DNA of 64,000 bases, taken from NCBI GenBank assembly GCA_002269645.1, contig NIVC01002215.1, forward strand, positions 1-64,000, read 5' to 3'. Origin of the DNA: Macrostomum lignano. Its lineage: Eukaryota. Every line of letters starts with the position of its first letter. Positions within the stretch are counted from its first letter, which is position 1. The notes below the pieces were generated by a model. It saw only the letters and a list, made by a program, of their open reading frames with translations. It made no database searches and was not told the origin of the DNA. Position numbers and translations under genes: made by a program. Shown piece by piece: positions 13,748 through 26,245 of the stretch.

Positions 13748-14093
13748 GTTAACGTATGTACAGACGCAAGCTCCATGGATGACACATAGAGCACAAAATT
13801 GCCCTAAGAAAAGCTATTGTTTTTTTACTTTAAAATAATCACTTTCAGTATGGTCAATTAAAGTTGATATGTCAGACACTAAAACAAAGTTTCTATTCTT
13901 TTTTTACAAAGAGCGGAACTGTTAACTGATAATCTGATAAAACTTACAAATAAAAACAATTGCAGATACATATTACTCAACTCTTTTTGTTGCACTATCA
14001 AGTGAAATGAATCATAGTAAACTAATGGATTGAAATTTTCAGTCGTAGCTTTATTATTTGGATGGGTCCGTTAGTTCGGTAACGTCTCCAGTG

Positions 14094-14354
14094 CAAGGAT
14101 GACTTAAGTAGAAGGACGGGAAACCTCGTTTCTTAGAAAATTTTAGAAGGCAAGTTTTCCCGAAAAAATACACTACGGAGTACGGAGATAGGAAGTTTTC
14201 ATTTTTCAGCACAAAAATTGTTATTGCTTTTGATTTTTGTGCTGGAAAAATGAAAACTTCCTATCTCCGTAGCGTATTTTTAAGGGAAAACCTGCCTTCT
14301 GAAATTTTCTAAGAAACGAGGTTTCCCGTCCTTCTACTACTTAAGTCGTCCTTG
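14094..14354. mobile_element. Palindromic MITE (hAT or P superfamily), 261 bp
   Basis: Nearly the whole element is an inverted repeat with CAAGG...CCTTG termini and perfect 8-bp TSD CTCCAGTG (14086-14093, 14355-14362). Related sequence occurs at about 29105-29190 and 42391-43000. Confidence 0.9.
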
Positions 14355-15684
14355 CTCCAGTGTAATGTGTAACTCTCAAGCGAGCTAGAGTTTTAATAAC
14401 TAAAAATGTATACTTGTATTTACATTCTAATCGTTAATGATGCGCACATTAAGTTTCAACTGGTGTACACACAGCAAAACTTCAAAAATATCAAATTTAT
14501 TAATGAATTCATTCAAATTCATTCTTAATGATGCAAAATTCAAGTTAGCTGAAAACTAATTACCTCATTTTTAGCTTTCTACAGGGCAACAGGGCATACG
14601 CCGCATACAGTGCATATATATATATATATATATGCGTTACGTTTCATTTGCCTTCGCTTCTAACGTCTCGAAATCAATTATTAAGACAGGGGAAAAGCGG
14701 ATCAAAATTAAAGGTCCTTGCACTGCGATTTTTCCTGGTGCTTTGCTCCTGTCTGTTTCCAAAGTTACTATTCCTCCTATATACAAATCCTATGTACAAA
14801 AATCAGCTCAAAGTTGATTTTGTTTGTTACAATTCTAAAACCGAAAACAAAAAGCATACTGAAACCAGACTTTCTCGCTGTGAGTTGATTTAACATCGCG
14901 GTAGATATTGTACACGGAACCGCATAGCAAATTTTATTTTTAATAAGTTTTATCAAAACGTTCGCAAATAGCATGCAGATTTCAGTTTGCTTTTAAATAA
15001 CCAAATCGCGTGGACTAAGTTGACTACATAAAGCTGATTGGCTACAATAGTTACAATAGTAGCAATAAGACTTGTTATAAACCGGATTACATCAGGGTGC
15101 ATTAAGCGTGGAAGTTCAATGCAGAAAAATACTGTAAAGAATAAAAAGAATCGCATTGCAAAGACGATAACTATGGGCAGAACAGAGCGAAGCGAATTGC
15201 GGTAGTCAGCAACACAAGCCTGGAGTTTCCAGTCTGCTGACATAGAAATATTCGAATTGTTCGAATAAATGTGAGATGAATACGGCTTTGCTAAGCGTTG
15301 AAACAAAATTTAAATGGCATTAAAATGGCAAACAGCAGAATAAAAACTGTAAAATAACAGCTGCATGAGAGCAAATCATACGCAGAAAATTAGTGAGTGC
15401 GCTACTCTCGGAAAACTCAAAAAGCTATGCAGATATAGAACAGATTGCGGCAAAGCAGATAGAAGGAAATTAGAAATTGCAGACAGTAAAATAAAACGGT
15501 GTTGCCGAAACGCTTAGGGCACTGCGATGCGCAAATACGGAGCCCGTGACTAGCCTGGCATTTTGTTCATCATGACGCTAAGCAGTCTCTCGAGCTGAAG
15601 CACCGGCCCCGCCCAATTCACTGCAGTTATTAGGAAACAGAAATCATCGCCTCCACTTCCGTGTCACATCAGCTGAGCCGCTGC

Positions 15685-18600
15685 TCACTTCTTCTTGGAC
15701 TTGCTGAGCGTGAAGCTCGTGCCGGACGCCAGGTTGTTCCGGTTGTCAGCCGCGGTCTTCCGGCGCTGGAATTCCGCAATCTCCTCGTCCAGGCCCTGCC
15801 GCTTCTCCTCCAGCTTGCGCTTCTCATCCGCGTGCTGCTTCTTGACTGCCTCGAACTTCGTCTGCAGGTCGCCCTCGGCTTTCTTCAGCTCCTGCTCCTT
15901 CTCCTTGACGCGCACTACGAACATCTGGCGCATCTCCTCCTCCTTGCGCTGCAGCTCCGCCTGCGGGATTGATGATGACCAGGTTAATTATTCAGGAATA
16001 AAGTGCACCAGACCAAACGGGCTGAATCATTGAATCTGTGGTGCAATCAGCTGACTGAACCATTGAATCTGTGGTGCAATCAGCTGACTGAACCATTGAA
16101 TCTGTGATGCAATCAGGTGACTGAACCATTGAATCTGTGATGCAATCAGCTGACTGAATCATTGAATCTGTGATGCAATCAGGTGACTGAACCATTGAAT
16201 CTGTGATGCAATCAGGTGACCGAATCATTGAATCTGTGATGCAATCAGCTGACTGAATCAGTCCTGAGGGAAATGATCAGCTGACTGAATCAGTCCTGAG
16301 CGAAATGATTAGCTGACTGAATCAGTCCTGAGGGAAATGATCAGCTGACTGAATCAGTCCTGAGGGAAATGATCAGCTGACTGAATCAGTCTTGAGGGAA
16401 ATGATCAGCTGACTGAATCAGTCCTGGGGGAAATGATCAGCTGACTGAATTAGTCCTGAGGGAAATGATCAGCTGACTGAATCAGTCCTGAGGGAAATGA
16501 TCAGCTGACTGAGTCACCCGGAGAGAAATGAGCAGTGGACTGAATCAGTCCTGAGGGAAATGACTCGTGGATCTTCATGCAAAGAGCTAACTTAAAGAGG
16601 AGAAACGGCACAAGAATAATATCCAATAAAAATATCCAGGTTGAGGTGAGCACCTGGTGGGTCTCCCGCCGTTTCTCGTACATCTCCTGCAGGCTGAGTT
16701 TATCCTCGTCGCTGAAGCCCATCTCGGCCAGGCGCTGCCTCCTGTAGTGCTCGTAGTGCATCGCGTGGGTTCGTTCGCGCAGGTCGTCCATGTTGACGCG
16801 GAGCATGGCCTCCCGCAGGCGGACGAAGTCGCAGTGGGCTTCGCTGTACACCAGGACGGCGCCCCACGGGTACTGGCGGGCGCGGCTCTTGCGCCCGTTC
16901 ACTGTGATCTCGTCTGAGCTGCCAACCACGGCGAAGGGCACCAGGTTCTGCGGGGGGGGGGAGGAGGTGATAATATAATCAACTAGCTTTGAGTCACAGT
17001 CACAGGCTTGTAAATCCTGTTGATAGGCCTGTTCACACGAGCTACTGTTTAAAGGAACGGCCTCGGATCAGCTGGGAGCAATCAGGGTTAGAGAATCAGG
17101 GTTTAGGTTAGGGGTGGGAGTTGGGGTTTAGGCCTAGGGTTTTAGGTTAGAGTAAGGAATTAGAGTTTCCTTACTGTGGGAATTAGAGAGGAATAGGTTA
17201 TGAGTATGGGAATTAGGGTTTAGGTGATTAGTGGCAGTCAAATTGCAGCAATTCAATTGTCGCAGACCCTGATCAGCTAGATTTATCCTTGAACAGGATT
17301 ACCGCTACTAGAAATTGGCTTCTGTCCCAATGAAAACTGAATGTCGAGAATTAAAAATCAACTTGATAATGGTTCAGCTAATTGACTTTTTTGCTAAGAA
17401 ATAAGAATCATATCTCTAAGGATGATCATTGATAATAAATCACATGCTCATAAAGCATGAACATTAGTAGTAGAATAGAAAATTAGCTCTCCAAGAGCTC
17501 CAAGAAACCCTATCTAAGGTCATAAGCGTAACTTCAAAGATTTCCCAATCGCTACAATTCCATACTGCTCAATTCCATAACTAATCTGCTTTGCATTCCG
17601 AGCCGGCCAGCCTGCGCCACTGTGCACATCTGGTGCAACTTCGCCGGCCCCACTCCGGGTATAAATAGGCACACCGACAGCCCCAGTGCCTGCTGGGATG
17701 ACCTTCGGTGGTCCGGGGTGCAGGCTTCAAACCTGTAGCCGACTAGCGTCGGAGTGGTTCGATTCCACCTTCTCAGCGGGGATTTTTGCTCAATAACCGT
17801 ATTATTTTATCCCATTTTGGCCGATCCTCACCTTCATAATTGAGTTCTGCTCGCTGACGGTCTCGTCATCGGTGGGGAACTGGTAGATGTGGATGTCGTT
17901 GTTGGCGATCTCATTCTGGATCTGGAAGAAATCGATCCAATTTTGGGATATTTGGCATCAAAAAAATAAAAAAATCGATTTTGGGAAGAAATTTGCATTT
18001 GAAAACCCGCAAGGTGAGCAAAGCCACCGAAAAACCGGTCAAGAGGAATAAAAATTTGCTTCACCACTACTGTTTACAGGTACAGTTGGAGTTTTATAGC
18101 TCAAGCTCGAGTAAAAACGGATAAAATATCTTTGCCGATATGTATCGAAAAGTAAGTTAGTAAAGCGGAAAAATACACTGTAGTAAAAAATTCGACCAAA
18201 AAGGAGAAATCGCGACTTACTCTTGTCTTGAAGCGCTGCAGCTCCGGCTTGGTAATTGTATCGGACTTGGCGATCACCGGAATGATGTTGACGCGACTGT
18301 CGAGCTTCTTCATTGTGACCATGTCGATCGACTTGAGTCTGAAAATGAAAATTAAGCCGTTTGCCAATTTATTGCAGATTCAGACCACAGATATAACTAG
18401 ATGGGCCACTCAGGCACATTTACTTAGTAAAACAGCTTTCTACTTTCAGTTCAGTAGCAAAGAAGAAAACATAAGCTATTTTATAAAAATAAAGGCAGCT
18501 GAAATGACTTTGATAAGTTTAGAAGCCCAAGCTTGCAGGCGTAAACAACTTGCTAATTGGTTCAGCAATAATGTACATTGGCCAGTTCACTGAAATGTAC

Positions 18601-19497
18601 ATGGCAGCTTTAGGCTGGAATTCCGAGAAAGGCAATAAAAATTGGGGTGGGGCGGGGGTAGTGTGGAAAGGCGCAGTTGGAGGGTTTAAGCTGGGGGTAA
18701 GAGCCAATAAATGAGCCTTGACTTTAAAAATACATTAAAATGCTTCCGTTTAACCTACTACTGAACTGAAAGTAGCTTACACGCAAATGTGCTGAGTGGC
18801 CCATCTATCTGTGATTCAGACTGGAACCAGAGTGAATTTAGAGATTTTAACTGGAAACTTCAAAATTTCGAAACACACAGAAAGAGTAGTAAAATATGTA
18901 TTACTAAAAACAGCTAAATATCATGAGTCAAAAACGAACGGACTTGGTTAGGCACTCACGAGTGACCCGTAGGCGCAATAAAGTACAGGCAGACGTGCAC
19001 TCTAGTGTCGTGGTAGGTGTGCAGCGATCGCTTGATCTTGAGCTCCTCCTGCAGGAAGTTCTCAAACTGCTGGTTGATGTAGTCAATGATCGGCTTGCTG
19101 CTGTCCTCCTTGTTCACCTGGTCGCCAAAGCCGCTGGTCTCAATGATGGTGAGCTTCAGCTTCACGCTGCCCTCTTTCAAGTCTGTTCGAAGCATTTAAA
19201 AATGTACTAATTAAAAAAATTCACTTTCATATTTTATATACACTAAGTAGCAGTCCAACACTGCTCACCGTAAGTATGCGGCTTCAGTTTAACCTGAGGC
19301 ACCTCGTGCGAGGAAGGCGTGAACTCGAAGCGCTGGTTGAACAGGGTCTCCATCAGGGTGCTCTTGCCCAGGCCCGTCTCGCCGATGCACATGATGTTAA
19401 AGCTGAAGCCCTGGGCAACATTCTTGTTCACCAGCTGGTCAGGGAGGCTGTCAAAGCCCACATGGCCATTCAGCTTGATGGTGCGCACATCCGGGCC
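15685..19497 (-). CDS. Septin, SEPT6/8/10/11 group (Drosophila Sep2-like); no ATG-bearing first exon found
   Basis: Exons 19497-19269, 19182-18960, 18338-18231, 17921-17832, 16947-16654 and 15960-15685, all GT-AG and frame-consistent. Motifs [14 protein letters not shown]-loop [43 protein letters not shown] and a C-terminal coiled coil ending SKSKKK*. Confidence 0.95.
16022..16258. repeat. Intronic minisatellite, 33-bp unit ATCATTGAATCTGTGATGCAATCAGCTGACTGA
   Basis: About 7 tandem copies in the last septin intron. It explains the [11 protein letters not shown] repeat ORF. Confidence 0.92.
16246..16562. repeat. Intronic minisatellite, 32-bp unit GATCAGCTGACTGAATCAGTCCTGAGGGAAAT
   Basis: About 9-10 tandem copies abutting the 33-bp array and sharing its ATCAGCTGACTGAATCA core. 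Confidence 0.92.
17086..17225 (+). repeat. Degenerate TTAGGG-like G-rich tract in septin intron
   Basis: Irregular GGGTTAG / GGGTTTAGG / TTAGGGG motifs, with no perfect array. Confidence 0.5.
17660..17667 (+). promoter_or_regulatory. TATA box of the tRNA-Sec gene
   Basis: TATAAATA begins 32 nt upstream of the tRNA 5' end. Metazoan tRNA-Sec genes are known to use an upstream TATA/PSE Pol III promoter. Confidence 0.8.
17692..17778 (+). tRNA. trnaU-TCA: tRNA-Sec (selenocysteine, anticodon TCA at 17727-17729)
   Basis: 87 nt: GCTGGGATGACCTTCGGTGGTCCGGGGTGCAGGCTTCAAACCTGTAGCCGACTAGCGTCGGAGTGGTTCGATTCCACCTTCTCAGCG. Folds in the eukaryotic 9/4 model: 9-bp acceptor, 6-bp D stem CTTCGG/CCGGGG, long variable arm CCGAC-TAGC-GTCGG, 4-bp T stem GTGG/CCAC. 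Differences from the vertebrate tRNA-Sec as recalled are largely compensatory. Confidence 0.96.
17783..17787 (+). terminator. Pol III terminator (T5) of tRNA-Sec
   Basis: TTTTT begins 5 nt after the discriminator base. Confidence 0.75.
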
Positions 19498-20142
19498 CTG
19501 AGATGGGAGATAAGCCAACTGAGATTAGAGCTAGAACAAAATGACAAAATAATCAAATACAAACCTCACTGTAAGACATAATTTATGCTAGGATTTTCTA
19601 ATATCATATACATTTAGTTTGGCACACATTATATGCATTTGGTTCTCACATATATTCAAGTGTACATTTAACATGATCTAGCATATGGATTACAAATAGT
19701 AAATACAACGAGATACTAAGCCTAACATTGATACTATGCAACTCTCCCCCTCTTCCTAAGTCCAAATATAGCTATTAGTATTAGACCTCTCCCCTAGCCC
19801 CTAATGCAATTGCAAAGGTGGATGAAGGGTTTCCAGTTCATTTGTCTACTGACAGTTGATCTGCTAAGTAAACAAAATGCCTTTTTCTTTTAGAACTGTT
19901 AGTCAATGGGGTGGGAATGAGGAGTAGGATAGGGAGCTACCTAACAATCTCCTCTCTATTCACATCATTAAAGTGCTGCAGGGGTCTTCTATCATTTTAA
20001 CATTTTATATTGTGTTTTATATCCCTTTCTCTAAAAATGTTCTTTCCTCAGCTTTCATGTTGCGGATGTTTTGTTAATTCATTGAATGTTTTGTTGTTTC
20101 ATGCACAGCCAATGGCAGAAGTGTGCAGCGCAGTGGTAACTA

Positions 20143-23100
20143 CCCGGTGGGAAAACTCGTAGCGGCCCTCTGGCGGCCCGTGCGAGATTTGACGCTATCG
20201 TGGCGACAAGAGGAGAAACATAAATCCGTGTAAAATTCGGAATAGAAAGGATTGTCTGAGTCTTTGTTAACTATTTATTTATGATTTTAGACGCGCAGAG
20301 TGTGAATTGGGATCAAATTTTTTTGAGCAGCATGCTAGCTACTCATCGCTTGGAGAATGGCGTACTGGCTACAGTTGTAGTAGTGCCGCTGTGGTAAAAT
20401 AAAACAAAATATGAATGAATAAATATGTTAATGAATCTCTACCTTTCATGATTACCCCTTCCCACCATCTCTCTCACATTATCAGTTGTGCATGTCTTTG
20501 GAGAAGTGATACACTTGATTTTTTCTTGCTTTTTAAATTATTTTCGGATATATTGGTCTGAGCAGTCACATATTCATTCATTTTCAAACCCATTTTTCCT
20601 CTCTGACACGATTCGATCCACCACCACCTACTTTTTGCGGCTCTATGCTTTCTATGTTTTTAGACAGTTTAAAGACAAGAAAAGTGAAATGGATAAGCAT
20701 GGTTTTTACTACTATTGTGATTGCCTCATTCCCAAAATTGCTATCTTATCGGTTGTTTGTAACATAAGTTAAGAAAGAAGTGTATTGTCCTGGTTAGTGG
20801 TTAGTGGTTCAGCTGTGTCTATGACTATGTGGTATATGGCCTGTTGTGAAGAATGAAGTTAGGCATAGAATAACCTATCTTAATGCTAGACTAGAGTACA
20901 TTAGCAAGCTAGGCCTATATACTACATAGGCTTGAAGATTGTCCTTTTATCTCTGAATGAGCAGTTAAATTTAGCTGTTTGACTTTGATAAATGAATTTG
21001 CCATTCACTAATGTGTAATGAGTAGACTATGATTGCCTTACACATCTCAATTGCTTGGACCTGTTTTTTGTTTAGTTGAGGGCCAGCCTAGTTAAGATCT
21101 GTCTAAACTAGCTATATTTGTGCCATTTGCTATCTTGGCCTATTTAAATGATATATATTTTTTGATGTGCTAAAATAGATTTTGTGGCTCAAATGGCTAC
21201 TGGCTTTGTGGCTATATTTTTGTTGCTAAGCTATGTCAAAAACTTCTGTCCAAACCTAGCTGCAGTGTTGCCACTATTGATATTCTTTATTATAAGCTTT
21301 GTCTAAGCCTAGGCCTTAGTCAGCCAAGTAAGTTATACTTTTCTATATTAGCCACTAGTTATATATACAATGCTAACCTGCTATTTTTCACTTTTTGTAA
21401 ATGACAGCAAGGGGTTGTAGTACAGTATAGGGTAATTTATCATCAACCAAATGAGGAATCTTCAAACCAAATGGATAGATTGCATATTTAACTTTCATTT
21501 ACCATTGAATAGCTTGACCAAATTCATTAAATTTGTATATTAAGACATTTTTGTATATGCTCATTGTAATTAATTTAAAATTGTGCAGAGATAAGCTATG
21601 GTATGCTCATATTCTCTATTAATTAATGTACTTGTCAAAGATGGTATATTTTTCTTTTTATTAAAATTTTATATTTTTCAATAAAGGGTTTACTTTTTAT
21701 ATGATATAAGTAAAATATCAAAATAAAGCTGTAAAAAATGCCATAGGGTAGGCCTATATGCATCATTTATACTGTTGTAGTTAATAATTTATTTATAATT
21801 TATACTATTTCTAATAGATCCTATTATCAAAATTAGAATTAAAATAAAAAAATTTGGAACATTGCTACTGATTGTCTAGTATAAACACTTGTTTTAAAGT
21901 ATTTTTCCTCTTCCTATAGCCATTTAATTTTCTTTAACAGTCTGCTTTGTCACTTGTCATTTACTATGCCTTTTTAGCACAGTAAACAGTTTATTGATAA
22001 TGTCCATAGTCTTTATTTCTATATATTTTTAGAGCTCACTGTTGTAAACTAACCAAATATTAATATGTTCTAAATGGAAACCTGTCAGCATTGTTTTAAG
22101 TAATATATGTTACAATTATTTTAACTATACTATATGTCAGTGTTGGCAATGAATAAAAATATCTACATTTTGTATCAATTGCAGCTCTCACTATGGCTTC
22201 ACAAAGCCAAGTGAACTGCCATAAGCGACGTCTGCTAGAAAGCATAGCTAATGAAAAAGTTGCAGCAAGTAGTGCGCAGCTACATGATGCTACTGAATCT
22301 GCTGAACAAGTTGAAGTTCAATTTTTTCAATTTGAGCGGGAGATTGAGCAAGCTATAGCGGCAGCTTTGAAGAACGCGGCTGACAGGATGGGTGGCAGAC
22401 AGCGCTGGATGAAAAGCAGGAACAATGAGCCGGAGTGAGCACTGCTTTTGTGACTTGTGAGTTGCAAGCAATTAACTAACAATGAGCAATCAGCCCACGT
22501 CCTCCTTCAGACAGGGGGGCTTCTTATCTCCTTATCTTCCTTCTCACCCACTTAGTCCTCTTTATCTTCATGATTCGATCCATTTATTCTCAATCCTCTG
22601 CTCCCACTGATACTCCTCTATCCCACCTCTTCATCTCTCTCCCCTCTTCCCCGCTTTCTCCTTATCCTCTTCTTTTTTCTCTTCTCTCGTCCTCTTTCTT
22701 TTTTGTCCTCTTGTCTTCATATTTGCTTTAATTTTGTCCTGCTCTGTATTTGTCTTTGCTTTTTGTCTTGCTTTTAATATTGAACCAAATATATACTGTA
22801 TATATATTGACTGTTGACTGTCACTGGTCAACAATCACAAACTTTTTATGTAGAAAATGCGACAAAATATACTTATACCTTATTCTATCATCCTATTAAC
22901 AAGCAAAGAACTTAATGAGCATGAAATAATAGCACACTCTTTTCTTAAAATCATTTTGCTCCGACGTTGCCATCTGATAAATGTTGCCGTTCCTGCGTAT
23001 TTTGCTGGTGGCAACCAGCAAGTGGCAACTATGCCTCTAGAGAATCAGCAGTACTGCTGGAAAAGTAGCGAGCATCTCACTGTAAATCAAGTAGTAGTAC

Positions 23101-23319
23101 TGTACTGCAGTAGTAGTAGCGCCAGCACTGCCGGTAAAGCGGCGGCAAAGTGGCGGCATGCCGCTGGCATATTAGCACTTCTGGCGGCAAAGCGGCAGCA
23201 TGCCGCTGGCAGGCCGCCACGGTGGGCCGCTAGCATTTCGTGGCGCATCCCGACTGCCGGGCCGCTGGTGATACCGATGGCGGCAGCACTGGCGGACTGC
23301 CAGCTTTTTTCCCACCGGG
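20143..23319. mobile_element. 3.18-kb non-autonomous DNA transposon, 13-bp TIR CCCGGTGGGAAAA, TA TSD
   Basis: TIRs at 20143-20155 and 23307-23319, TA on both sides (20141-20142, 23320-23321). An uninterrupted empty site (...CAGTGCTGAC-TA-TGTGGAG...) survives in the neighbouring repeat unit at about 23457-23475. Subterminal GGCGGC/GCCGCT repeats are present. No transposase was recognised. Confidence 0.85.
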
Positions 23320-23321
23320 TA

Positions 23322-23575
23322 TGTGGAGAAGCCTCAGGACAATGTTGATGATTAACTTTTGACTGTTCTTTCCTCAGCTTTCATGTTGTGGATGTTTTGT
23401 TGATTCGTTGAATGTTTTGTTGTTTCATGCACAGCCAATGGCAGAAGTGTGCAGCACAGTGCTGACTATGTGGAGAAGCCTCAGGACAATGTTGATGATT
23501 AACTTTTGACTGTTCTTTCCTCAGCTTTCATGTTGTGGATGTTTTGTTGATTCGTTGAATGTTTTGTTGTTTTGT
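23322..23575. repeat. 147-bp tandem repeat (about 1.7 units here plus a partial unit at ~20036-20142 split off by the transposon)
   Basis: TGTGGAGAAGCCTCAGG recurs at 23322 and 23469, and the TCTTTCCTCAGCTTTCATGTTG block recurs at about 20041, 23367 and 23514. Confidence 0.85.
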
Positions 23576-23658
23576 GCATCAGGTACAAAGCTTTGGTCTA
23601 TGGCAATTTGTAAAAGTAGCACAGGGGTGGGGCAGAAAAGTGCTCATATCTCAAGAAT

Positions 23659-23830
23659 CATACATGCGCAACCTTGGGAATCACCCGGCCGTTTCCATTG
23701 GCAACACACACATGTAAGTCGCTATTGGCTGAGAGCAGTCACGTGACCAATATTCTGTCCAATAGCGACTTACATGTGTGTGTCGCCAATAGAAACGGCC
23801 GGGTGAATCCCTAGTTTGCGCCCAAGCATG
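23659..23830. mobile_element. Palindromic ~170-bp MITE, copy 1
   Basis: Long internal inverted repeat (CACCCGGCCGTTTC...GAAACGGCCGGGTG), CAT...ATG termini and 8-bp TSD TCAAGAAT (23651-23658, 23831-23838). Confidence 0.8.
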
Positions 23831-25916
23831 TCAAGAATGCCAGCAGATACAGAAATAAACAGAAAGTCATTTTAATGGGCAGATAATTATCTTTTCAACT
23901 GCAACAGACTTAATATTTCTGATCAGTCAGAAAAGGCTGTAGTGAAGAAAGTGCACTGACTTTTAGGACACCCCTCATATTATACCTTCTGCAATACTAT
24001 ACTTTGGAAGGCAACATCTGGGACTTCCTAGCATACAACAAGGGTACTTGCCATTTTTTAAGAATATTTCAATGTATATCCCAGTCCATAATCCATTTTG
24101 TTACAGTTACACCAGAAATATTTGGCATAAAACTAAGTTGCAATCAAGAAGAACTAAGTCATAATTGAGAGGAACTAAGTTGCAAATCTGGACAAAACTA
24201 AGTTGCACTGGATGGGTGAACTTTTGAGGTTGGGCATATATGTTTGCAAACAGTAAAACAAAGTTTAAAATCTAGAAATTGTGCTGTAATGCATAAACTT
24301 TTACACTATTATCTTATTTATATTTATATGTTTATAAATTTTTAATTATACTATCCAAATGGAAACATTAAACTTTTTTGAAATGAAAAATCTTTATATA
24401 AATTGCCCACATCCCCCTTCTAGTCCAGGCATTATGCCTAGCATGCGGTGTATATAAGCCTAGCATAAGTCTGGCATAAATGATAAAATTTCATCAGTTT
24501 TCTTCTGGCATAACTCCAAGCATTGAAATGGACAATGGATCCCAGTATATATCACACAGTCAAAATTTGACATGACATAGACATAGTAAAAATTTGTTGG
24601 CTTATATTTATGACTATGGTATATCTGCATGCATGATAGGGTCAAATAAAGTAAACACACTACATGCAGCAACATCAACACAAAATATAAAGAAAAATTA
24701 AAAAAAACAATTATAGGCTTAAAAATTTATGCCAAAAAACTTTTTTTGCAATTTTTAACATAGAAAAAATATTCAAAATATTCTTTTATAACTGTCTTTT
24801 CTCAATACATGTTGAAAAAGTTCATAACTTTTAAGTTTATTATTCTGCATTAATAATCAATTCAAGAATGAAAAAAGTATACCATTTTGGCATATCTAAT
24901 TGAAAACATTTTTGGTCCTGGAATACAAATGTGGTCCTATACTTTTTTCCCATTAGACCTGGCATATACTAATATATGATTTGAACTATGGCTACAATAT
25001 GGTACCTAATGATAAAATAGATTTGATTTGACTTGTATATGTGTAATACTTGGCTAAGCTGGCTGATTTGGCAGGCTAATAAAGAGCCTTGTCAAGGTAA
25101 GTTGCAAAAATGCCCATCCCAAAAACATAGAATAGATATCGTAAGATATAGTACTAAGATGATAAGGTATTAAGCTCAAATAATATAGAATAGTTATAGT
25201 TACTCTTACTATTACCCTATAGTCCATTTTATTATAGTTATACTACAGACCAATGCAAATCTAGAAAAGTGTAGAAATTGATAGAAAAGTGGATTGGCAT
25301 AAAAACAACTTCAGATAATTTTTGGCACATTTCTCTGACTAGAAATAAATGTGACTGGGGTTTCACTGTCTATAACTTAAAATGGAGAATTTAAAAAACT
25401 ACATATTGTATTATTCATAAAAAGTAAAATGAAGTTTAAAATCAAGAAATTGTGCTGTTATTATATGTTTATAAAGTTTTAATTACAATACACAAATGGA
25501 AACCTATATTCCAGAAGGCCTACATCATGCCAGAAAAAAAACTGGCATGCATTTGGTTTAGCCTAAAAATTGCAGCATGCATTGGCATATATTTGGGTAT
25601 TGCACACCAAAAGTGGCATGTTGGCATGCTATGGCATAGAAGTAGCTCGTGTAAAATGTGGCCTAGTGTGATAGTGGGGCATGTTTTGTTGAGACAAAAG
25701 TTTGTGAAAAGACACTGTGTTGTAAAGACAAAAATTCATACTTATTTTTATTGCAAAATAACAAATAAATTTTTTTGTGCCAAAAAGTAACATTATATAT
25801 TTGCATGCTACAATAGTTTTTTAAAAATGTTGAAGCTTAGTTTTTTTAAATACATTTTAAACTTAAAATTGTGTTTTTTCATTAACATATTAGTTTGGTG
25901 TGCATTTGCTTGACAC

Positions 25917-26035
25917 TGGAGTGCATCTACTTTGCACTGGTGTGCATCTACTTTGCACTAGTGTGCATCTACTTTGCACTAGTATGCATCTACTTTGCAC
26001 TGGTGTCGTGGTGTGCATCTACTTGGCACTGGCGT
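25917..26035. repeat. 21-bp tandem repeat GTGTGCATCTACTTTGCACT(G/A), about 5 copies
   Basis: Direct tandem repetition. Confidence 0.85.
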
Positions 26036-26245
26036 GCATAGGTTCAAAGCATTCCAGCATGCACTCAACATGATCAGAAATATATATGAAAACATTAAAC
26101 TTTTTTAAATTGAAAAATGTTTGTACAAAAAAACTCCTCTACATCCCCTAGTCTAGGCATTTATATGCCTGGCATTTGGTGTATAGGCTGGTGAAAGTCT
26201 GGCATAAATGATGAAATTTCATCAGTTTTTCTCTGGCATAGCCAT

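Noticed and set aside
16022-16562. CRISPR-like appearance of regular ~32-bp repeats
   Set aside because: Units are contiguous with no unique spacers, there are no cas genes, and the context is a eukaryotic intron.
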